DNA of 64,000 nucleotides from Leptolyngbyaceae cyanobacterium (lineage in GTDB: Bacteria > Cyanobacteriota > Cyanobacteriia > Phormidesmidales > Phormidesmidaceae): assembly GCA_965263355.1 (NCBI GenBank), contig CBDHHL010000046.1, positions 32,001 through 96,000 of the forward strand. The letters run 5' to 3'. Under the pieces are notes generated by a model. It saw only the letters and a list, made by a program, of their open reading frames with translations, had not been told where the DNA came from and searched no databases. Of the stretch, positions 57,064-64,000 are shown piece by piece. Position 1 is the first letter of the stretch. Each line of letters opens with the position of its first letter. The position numbers were made by a program, and so were the translations under genes.

Positions 57064-57285
57064 CTAGGAAATTAATAAAAAGTCGTCAACTTCTGCCTGA
57101 ACTAGATTGGCTCCTGCGTTAACGTTAAGTGCGGCAACTTCATTAGCCCCTCGAGCAGTTAATACAGTTCGAAGGAATCTGGTTTCATTGTCTAATCGGT
57201 CAATCTCTGTTTGCAAATACTGATCTGCTGCTGCTTGTAACGCATCCAAATTGGCGTCTCGGGTTTGTTTATCGGGAACTGCCAT
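57064..57285 (-). CDS. Small hypothetical protein
   Basis: Coupled to the sigma gene (TAATG overlap). Confidence 0.65.
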   Translation of the reverse strand: MAVPDKQTRDANLDALQAAADQYLQTEIDRLDNETRFLRTVLTARGANEVAALNVNAGANLVQAEVDDFLLIS

Positions 57286-57995
57286 TACAAGTACACTCTA
57301 GCCTTTCTTTCTATACTGGCACGAAGTCGAGAAATCTTTGCGGGGCTGGTATTCATCACTTTAGCAATCTCTGCCCCCGACAGCACGCGTTTACCATTTA
57401 ATCCCCTAAGGTGTTCATATACGAACAACTCGTCTGGAGTAAGATCATATGGTAACATGCGAAGAATCTCTTTCTCCTTAGAATACATGTTGTTTGATGG
57501 GTCTTGAACAAGAGTTGACCCTATAAAGTCTTTGCGTTGTTGGCTGCGAATTCGACCTACAGCAGCCACACTCAACTTCAACTTTTCTGCTATCTCCTGA
57601 TCATTTGGGGGTCTACCCAACGCAAAAGTTAGCTGAGTTACAGCATTATTATAGTCTGTAATTTTAGATGTAATGTTCTCAGCAATTCTCACTGTGTTTT
57701 GTCGTTGAGTTATCCAGCGATGACCCTTTCGCATAGATAGAGTTACCCAAGAACCTAACGCAGAACCTCTGTCAGGTTTATAAGTTTCGACGGCCTTAAC
57801 AAATTGTTTTGTAAATTCTCCTTGGATTGCAGCAGGAGGCAATTCCACATTGCTGGAGAATTTACTCGTTTCATACTTTATCATAGGCCGAAAAGCATTT
57901 AACAAAGGTACGAGATCTTTGGGCTTTCTTCCATTGTCATTCCATTGATTCCATAACTTTAGGTCATTTTCGGCACGCTCAGCAACAGTTGTCAT
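57285..57995 (-). CDS. Sigma-70-family factor with regions 2-3-4 (FliA/SigB-like layout)
   Basis: VKAVETYKPDRGSALGSWV (region 2), TVRI, LGRPPNDQEIAEKL (region 3), LTPDE...SGAEIAKVMNTSPAKISRLR (region 4). Confidence 0.88.
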   Translation of the reverse strand: MTTVAERAENDLKLWNQWNDNGRKPKDLVPLLNAFRPMIKYETSKFSSNVELPPAAIQGEFTKQFVKAVETYKPDRGSALGSWVTLSMRKGHRWITQRQNTVRIAENITSKITDYNNAVTQLTFALGRPPNDQEIAEKLKLSVAAVGRIRSQQRKDFIGSTLVQDPSNNMYSKEKEILRMLPYDLTPDELFVYEHLRGLNGKRVLSGAEIAKVMNTSPAKISRLRASIERKARVYL

Positions 57996-58423
57996 AGAAA
58001 CATCTTATGCCTTGAGTAATTGTTGAACAGCTCTTTTAACTCATCTTCATTCTCTTGGCATTTTGCTTGGTAATATGAATCCAAACACTCAAACTGACCA
58101 GCAGCTATCTTTTCAAGCATTAACTCGGCTTTGCCTTTTGGCGTTTCGAAATATTGTTGCAGAGGTAATTGTAAGGAAGCTTGTTTGGGTTGATGTGGAT
58201 TCAACCACGGAGCTGGAATCTTATTGGAAGTACGCACGTAATTAATCCTCGCTTTCGGCGTCAAAGGTGCAGGTCCTGCCTCAGCCACTGTTATCGACTT
58301 GTTTAATGAGGCTTTCGCAGGTTGTTTACTACTTTCTGTAGGAAATTGAGTGCCTCCTGTAAATGAAGACCGGTTATCTCGCCCACTTAAATTACCTACT
58401 GCGGATATCTTTGCTTTCATCAA
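57992..58423 (-). CDS. Hypothetical protein with K-x-A motifs
   Basis: PKQAS, EKIAA; overlapping coupling. Confidence 0.6.
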   Translation of the reverse strand: MMKAKISAVGNLSGRDNRSSFTGGTQFPTESSKQPAKASLNKSITVAEAGPAPLTPKARINYVRTSNKIPAPWLNPHQPKQASLQLPLQQYFETPKGKAELMLEKIAAGQFECLDSYYQAKCQENEDELKELFNNYSRHKMFL

Positions 58424-59013
58424 TATGTTCTCCGAATCAATATTTCTGGATCTTCCAATCCATATTGGTGAGAATATTGCGGGTTGAACACTCCTTCGTC
58501 AGTAACTACTTGAGGTCTACTATCAGACGACGGAGTAAATCCGTGATTGACTATAGGTCCTTGCTTTAGAAGTTTTTGCAACTCATCCTTGAATGCTTTC
58601 GAAGCAGAAACCTTGGTCTTACCTTTTTTATACGCTTTGATGTGCTTACATTCATACCCAGGATTCACAGAACCCCGATAACGCCAATCTCGACAGGTAC
58701 ACCCATAGTTGCCTTCGCTAAGCATTTTGATGTAATATTTTGCGCCTTGAGACCCTGTGATTGTTGCTACCGGTTTGGCTTTTTGTACAGCGGACAGGCT
58801 TTTGACATGTGTCTTTAATTTTGTGTCCGCACCTCGAGAGGTACGTACTTGCCGTACAAATACAGGGTCATTCAACTTATCCGGTAAGCCTTGCCACTTC
58901 TGTTTATCCGCAGAAGCTACAAAATTTTTTGCTTCTCGAATCTTTTCTCGGCCAGAAGAGGAAAGATAATCCCCGAACGAACGAAGGTATTCTCCAAACT
59001 CACCTATATTCAC
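58420..59013 (-). CDS. SWIM Zn-finger protein
   Basis: YYIK...GCTCRDWRYR...CKHI. Confidence 0.8.
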   Translation of the reverse strand: MNIGEFGEYLRSFGDYLSSSGREKIREAKNFVASADKQKWQGLPDKLNDPVFVRQVRTSRGADTKLKTHVKSLSAVQKAKPVATITGSQGAKYYIKMLSEGNYGCTCRDWRYRGSVNPGYECKHIKAYKKGKTKVSASKAFKDELQKLLKQGPIVNHGFTPSSDSRPQVVTDEGVFNPQYSHQYGLEDPEILIRRTY

Positions 59014-59195
59014 TAGTAGCCTCTTCTCTGCTTACGAATTTGAGAACCCAATCTACGATCTTGTTCTGCTTGTTGAAGCTTAATAGCACCAACACCACCT
59101 ACGCCAACCAATGCCGCTGGACGCCCCCAAGACTTAACCAAATCTGCAGCAGTTTGTAGTTTCTTAGTTGCACTTGCTACTTTGACCTTACTCAA
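59013..59195 (-). CDS. Small Gly-rich protein with VKVAS
   Basis: Coupled at both ends; hydrophobic GVGGVGA segment. Confidence 0.55.
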   Translation of the reverse strand: MSKVKVASATKKLQTAADLVKSWGRPAALVGVGGVGAIKLQQAEQDRRLGSQIRKQRRGY

Positions 59196-62100
59196 CTTCC
59201 CACCAGCCCTTTCGTCAATGCTAACTCCGCAGCATACACCTTAACACGTTGGCGTGCCCGTCCTCGAGGATCTAAAGCAGGAGGGATTCTTGGACTTTTA
59301 ACTTTTGTGCTCTTATCAAAGATCGTCTTGGTGTATCCAGAGCTGTCTTCGGGCAATAACAGCTTCATGGCATCCTTACCTGGCTGCGGACCAGCCTCTG
59401 TAAAATTCACGTCTGTATTGTAATCTCCAAATGCTTTACTGTGAAAACCTACCTGAGGAACTGTCCCATCAGCTCGAGCAACCGAATTGCCACTAGCATC
59501 AAAACTTAAGTCACTCGAACCCAAAACATCTAACAAAGACGCTATAGGTCTTCTTGTGTAATCCGCTACAAAATCGGCAGTAGGCGCCCCGCGAGCCTTT
59601 AGCATCCCATAAAGAACAGTTAAAGTATCTACAGATCGCTCTATGGAATGATCCTGCAAATTAAAAGTTGCTATGATCGTCTCACCCAGTTTCACGACCT
59701 CAGAACCATCACTTTGTGACTCCACTACAACACTCTTATTTTCTCCAGAGTGACGAGTGAACGTTTGAAGCAATTCAGCAAATTCAGAAACCAGAACTCG
59801 GTCATCTGTGATAGCAAAAGTGCCTAGCAACGGTCTATATACATTGTCCGTTATTGGATACTCTTCCACAGTCCCATCTCCCGACAACTTTACAGAGTTC
59901 CAAACCACATCATACCATCCCGGTTTCAGCAACACTTCCGGAGGCGCTGCGCCGGCAGCGGTTACAAATTGGCCCCCAGATAAATCATTCTGCACACCCA
60001 CCAAAATAGCATTAGGTACGATTGCCTCTGTTTCTCCTGTTGTGTTATTCACTACGCCGCTTTGTTTGGTAAATTGGTCAAAAGTAACATTAGAGATACC
60101 CAAGAGGCTTGCTATTCTTCGTGTTATGGTTATCTGCTCATCCGAATTTACAGTCTCTAAACTCACCACTGTTCTAGAAGCGCTCAGTTTAGTGCCTTCC
60201 TTTAAAGAGCCTGAAAAATGTAGTTGCACCAACCGAGACTCCAAAGAGGAAACAGAAGTACCAGACAACAATCGCTGCTCCAAAGTATCAAAAGCCACAT
60301 CAACGACACTGCTCGTCTTCTTGACTTGTTCTCGCTGAACGACTCCTAAAAACTCATCATCCAGGCTTCTGTGAGTACGGGCAAACTTAAATGAAACTGT
60401 AGTACCTCCCCCACTCTGACTAATACTGTGCTGAATATTGTTTATCTTGCCCAAAAAAGCTGTAGGAAATACTGTAGTACCAATCCCGATAGTTTCTGCC
60501 ATGGCCTGTAATGCCGATGGAGAAGGCACTCCTCGATCTAAGACCACAGCAGGCAACCCAAGAACCAATTGAGGCATAAAACGGCCACTCAAGGACATCG
60601 ACCTTGAACTCCATCGATGTAAGAAAAATTGGAAATTAGCTAATCTTTGTATATAACTAATTCTCACATTTCTTTTGGTTTCTTGAATTTCTTTGGCTGA
60701 CTTGATACCCCACCGGTGCCCTTCTGTTACCCACTCAATCTTAGGAATAATGCCTGAATGTACTTCATGTGGCATCAAGGTTCCCGCGGAGTTGAAAACG
60801 CTACGACGCGCTATGTTATTCTTCACATCCTTAATATTTGGAGCAAAGTAATACCGACCAATTAACTTTATAAGACTATTATCTTGAACAGCACCAAACC
60901 CAGATTGCAGAGCAAACCTTGACACTTCTTGAGTGAAGCTTCGTGAGAATTGCAACCTGAAATACATATCCGGAAAGATGACATTGCATTTAGGGGGAGA
61001 TAAAAAGAAAGTTTCAGGAAGTAACAGCTGATTAAATAAAAAATCGGAGTCTGGAACAGTTATGGTAGTCTTAGTTTGTTTCACTGTAGAAGCGTTGCCC
61101 AAAACACCGTCTATTATATTTTGCGCTGTTTTTAGATTGGCAGAAATTTGAGAACCAACTCGCTTGCTTACTACCTTAGAATTGGCACGGACTTGAGCCA
61201 CTCGTAAATTGCTCAATACTTGATCCAATCTCACTGCCATTGCCTGGCTATCATTAGCATTAGCAGAACTAATTAACTGTCGAGCTGCTACTATACTTTT
61301 TACAACACTAACTAAATTTCGAGTCGCTGTTTTTACTTGTGCGGCATTGGCTTGTTCAAACGTGGTTTGTAAGCTAGCCAAAGTTGAACTTACTTGACCC
61401 AGAAGTTTACTAGCTTCCTTCCCTAACTTAGACTCTTTCACAGACCTAGGAACCACGACTGTAGACAGGTCATTACCTTTTGGTTTATAAAACGCAGCAG
61501 GATTAGGATACACTTCGTGGTAGATATATTGTCCTACTAGCCGCAGAACATCCCTAAAACTAACCAAGGAGCCGGCAGAGGACATGCCATTCCTTAACCA
61601 ATTTTGGAAAGCCTTAGCCCTGTACAACCGTGCTGCCGTTTTATCATTAGCAACAGCACCCAACATAGAAGTTAGACCATAACGTAACTCAGCCACACTG
61701 AAAAAATCATTTGCCCCTCGAAATCCTTTAAATGTAGTACCCCTGGGACGAATACCGCCTATAGACTCCAATAGGTGGATATATCCTGCAAGGAGTCCTC
61801 TTGGCAAATCCGCATATCGAGGATTTTCGGGTTTGGAATTCAAAATATTGCCAATTCCCCACTCAACTCCCGTAGTAATATTATTAAATATAGATTGATT
61901 AGAACCTACAAAATGATGAGTTCTATCAGCAAAATTCCCATTGACTGAGTAATCAGCAAACCACTGATAACAAGAATCCCAATAAGAACTAAAGTCCATG
62001 CACTGAATAACAAAGCTTCTGGCGGCCGTATCCTTTGTATAATAGAAACCAATAATTTCCCCAGCGAAGAGTAGTTTGTAGCGACTGTCCTCAATCCCCC

Positions 62101-62359
62101 CACTGTGCCCCAATCGCATGTTTGAGGCTAACTCAGAACCAGACTCTGGGTCGATATCTGTGGCATTTGATTTTGTATCTAAAAAAAATAAATGAACTAA
62201 AGTCCTAGGTAAGAACAAAAGAGCAGAATCTGTAGCAATCATTTGTATGGACGCAGACGCCGCCGCATTTGGTTGAATGGCCACATCTGCCGAAATGACA
62301 GGAACCTCTACCCCTTCAAGGAATAATCTCAGCTGTAATGGACTTGCTTCAGCACTCAT
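59192..62359 (-). CDS. Probable baseplate hub / tail protein
   Basis: LRLFLEGVEVPV, LLFAGEIIG, FVIQCMD, PPKCNVIFP, IQHSISQSGGGTTV resemble GpD/gp27-type hubs. Confidence 0.55.
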   Translation of the reverse strand: MSAEASPLQLRLFLEGVEVPVISADVAIQPNAAASASIQMIATDSALLFLPRTLVHLFFLDTKSNATDIDPESGSELASNMRLGHSGGIEDSRYKLLFAGEIIGFYYTKDTAARSFVIQCMDFSSYWDSCYQWFADYSVNGNFADRTHHFVGSNQSIFNNITTGVEWGIGNILNSKPENPRYADLPRGLLAGYIHLLESIGGIRPRGTTFKGFRGANDFFSVAELRYGLTSMLGAVANDKTAARLYRAKAFQNWLRNGMSSAGSLVSFRDVLRLVGQYIYHEVYPNPAAFYKPKGNDLSTVVVPRSVKESKLGKEASKLLGQVSSTLASLQTTFEQANAAQVKTATRNLVSVVKSIVAARQLISSANANDSQAMAVRLDQVLSNLRVAQVRANSKVVSKRVGSQISANLKTAQNIIDGVLGNASTVKQTKTTITVPDSDFLFNQLLLPETFFLSPPKCNVIFPDMYFRLQFSRSFTQEVSRFALQSGFGAVQDNSLIKLIGRYYFAPNIKDVKNNIARRSVFNSAGTLMPHEVHSGIIPKIEWVTEGHRWGIKSAKEIQETKRNVRISYIQRLANFQFFLHRWSSRSMSLSGRFMPQLVLGLPAVVLDRGVPSPSALQAMAETIGIGTTVFPTAFLGKINNIQHSISQSGGGTTVSFKFARTHRSLDDEFLGVVQREQVKKTSSVVDVAFDTLEQRLLSGTSVSSLESRLVQLHFSGSLKEGTKLSASRTVVSLETVNSDEQITITRRIASLLGISNVTFDQFTKQSGVVNNTTGETEAIVPNAILVGVQNDLSGGQFVTAAGAAPPEVLLKPGWYDVVWNSVKLSGDGTVEEYPITDNVYRPLLGTFAITDDRVLVSEFAELLQTFTRHSGENKSVVVESQSDGSEVVKLGETIIATFNLQDHSIERSVDTLTVLYGMLKARGAPTADFVADYTRRPIASLLDVLGSSDLSFDASGNSVARADGTVPQVGFHSKAFGDYNTDVNFTEAGPQPGKDAMKLLLPEDSSGYTKTIFDKSTKVKSPRIPPALDPRGRARQRVKVYAAELALTKGLVGS

Positions 62360-62886
62360 TAGACAAATGGTTCGATGCTTGCGTCATCAGAACCAACCCC
62401 TCTCACTCCTGCTGACTCCTCATCTCGAGTGACAGCCAGATTATTTTGAGCTCTTATAGATGCTCGAACTCTATCAACTATGCTAACTAGGTTTGGAGTT
62501 GCAGCGGCATTTGCTTCCAATGCCGCAAGGTCGCCAGACTGACTTAAAGGCAATAAGGGAGTGCTGCCAAATAACGTATCCAACTGACCTTGCAGAGAAG
62601 TATCTAAATTAACTGCCCTTGAATAATCTTTCAAACCATACACAGGCTCATAAACACGCTCTCTAGAGTTAGAGACTTCCTCGTATACAGCGCTAACGTA
62701 CAACGAACCTAATTCAGCATCTTGGCTAGGCGTCAATAAAAACTCGGACAACTTTTGCTCAAAAGTTACAGAGGCATTCTTGCCTATATAGTTTAAATTG
62801 GCAATCCTCGTTGCTCTACGCTTTGCTCCACGCTTTTCCAATAACACATCTGGCGTGTCGGGAATTATCATCAATCTTTGGGGCAT
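62359..62886 (-). CDS. Hypothetical protein
   Basis: Likely start MPQRL at 62886 after GGAGG. Confidence 0.65.
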   Translation of the reverse strand: MPQRLMIIPDTPDVLLEKRGAKRRATRIANLNYIGKNASVTFEQKLSEFLLTPSQDAELGSLYVSAVYEEVSNSRERVYEPVYGLKDYSRAVNLDTSLQGQLDTLFGSTPLLPLSQSGDLAALEANAAATPNLVSIVDRVRASIRAQNNLAVTRDEESAGVRGVGSDDASIEPFV

Positions 62887-62896
62887 AGCCTTCCTC

Positions 62897-64000
62897 CTAT
62901 GTAATACCAGGGATGCCAAATGTAACGTCTGTCCCACTTAAGCCACTCACCCCAGTAGCTTCCGCTGCAACAGCACCTGGATCATTAATAAAAGACTTAG
63001 CTGTAGAAACTAATGCAAATCCCTTTCTCGTAAAATTAGCAATATCAGCCAAGGTTCGAAGTATATTGTTCTCTGTTTCTATGCTCTGTTCAAGTGCAGC
63101 AAACACGGCATTCTGTTGCTGGACTAAAGCTCGTCGTTGCTTTATCCGCAGCTTCGCTGTACGCAAAACAGAAGAATCTAACTGCACCTCAGATCCAAAT
63201 GTCAAAGGATATTCATCCCAGTTCCTATATATAGGAACTCTTAAATTCGGCTGAAAAACAAATTTAACCGCCTGTGGGACCCTTAATTGAACATTACTAA
63301 TATCTGTCGAGTCAAAAAAACTAGTTGCCAAAGTTCCCGGTGCCACGGAAGCATCCCCAATTTGAGCTAAGAAACCTGCGGAGCCAGCAGGACGACTAAT
63401 CACACGACCAGTCAAGACCACATCTAACCCCTTTTTAATATCACCAAGAAAATTCGTTATGGCATTATTTTTCAAAAAAGAGCTGGCCTCCCGCAAAAAA
63501 CCACCAAACCCTTTTCCTGCATCGACTGACTCTTGGAAATTAAAAGCCCTAACATCTGCTGAGGCATTTATACTTCCAAAGTTTGTTTGGCCTGTTAATG
63601 AACTCCTAGCAGATGCCGAATCTGTCAATTCGCGGTTTAAGACATCAACACCAGAAAAGTCTTGTCCATCTTGGTGGTCGGGCAAAAGCACACTACCAAT
63701 TTGTGAAAAGTCTTGATAATTCGTCAGAAACAAAGTCATGGAAAATGGCACTAAATAAGGCTCTGCTTCTCGGTCTTCTGCTGATGCTTCAACCGGGTAT
63801 CCTTCAATAATTGTCCGATCGTAAGATAGAAAACATCTGGCATTTTGTTGGGCTAATTTAGTTCCCCGTAAATACGTGTCATAATTAGCCCAAAATTGGG
63901 AACGCCAATTAAAGTCTTCAGAGTTTATTAACAACCCAGAAAGCCTGACCATAGTTGGCCGTTCCCCAAAAAAGTAGATAAAGGAATTTCCGAAAGTCTC
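62897..64000 (-). CDS. Probable tail/baseplate protein, 5'-truncated by the window edge
   Basis: Frame stays open to 64000 (ETFGNSFIYFFGERPTMVRLSG...). Confidence 0.6.
   Translation of the reverse strand, partial: ETFGNSFIYFFGERPTMVRLSGLLINSEDFNWRSQFWANYDTYLRGTKLAQQNARCFLSYDRTIIEGYPVEASAEDREAEPYLVPFSMTLFLTNYQDFSQIGSVLLPDHQDGQDFSGVDVLNRELTDSASARSSLTGQTNFGSINASADVRAFNFQESVDAGKGFGGFLREASSFLKNNAITNFLGDIKKGLDVVLTGRVISRPAGSAGFLAQIGDASVAPGTLATSFFDSTDISNVQLRVPQAVKFVFQPNLRVPIYRNWDEYPLTFGSEVQLDSSVLRTAKLRIKQRRALVQQQNAVFAALEQSIETENNILRTLADIANFTRKGFALVSTAKSFINDPGAVAAEATGVSGLSGTDVTFGIPGIT

Noticed and set aside
6321..63810. Numerous short ORFs antisense to long genes (e.g. 13730-14311, 45614-46033, 59808-60338)
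   Set aside because: They lie within well-supported genes on the opposite strand and show no motifs
1..64000. Stop-codon reassignment, which occurs in some large phages
   Set aside because: Long genes are intact and densely tiled in the standard code; TAA, TAG and TGA all end genes

Overview
This 64-kb window is part of a large tailed-phage genome, most likely a contractile-tailed myovirus; it reads cleanly in the standard bacterial code. It has three blocks. (1) 1-17.2 kb, mostly minus strand: RNase HII, dCTP deaminase, probable head proteins, a Gp5/GpV-like spike, a portal protein with a Zn-ribbon insertion, and a 2066-aa single-chain beta-beta' RNA polymerase (RNAP) with an intact NADFDGD motif. 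(2) 17.3-34.1 kb, plus strand, a replication/recombination operon: XRE regulator, SF2 helicase, family-4 UDG, DnaB-like helicase, DnaG-type primase, a Cys-rich SSB candidate, intein-containing family A DNA polymerase, HU, RecA, two resolvase-type nucleases, a Cas4-like nuclease and a very acidic protein. (3) 34.2-64 kb, minus strand: possible lysis membrane proteins, tail fibre and baseplate proteins including an enlarged baseplate-J, a HAD phosphatase, a sigma-70-family factor and a SWIM protein. The most interesting signal is a possibly self-contained phage transcription system. It pairs a trimmed fused RNAP (no beta' N-terminal Zn finger, remodelled rifampicin pocket, diverged sigma-binding helices) with a phage sigma factor. 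Neighbouring head-region proteins are strongly enriched in K-x-A, which may be a prohead-protease maturation signal. All calls come from motifs and alignments read by eye; no database searches were run.
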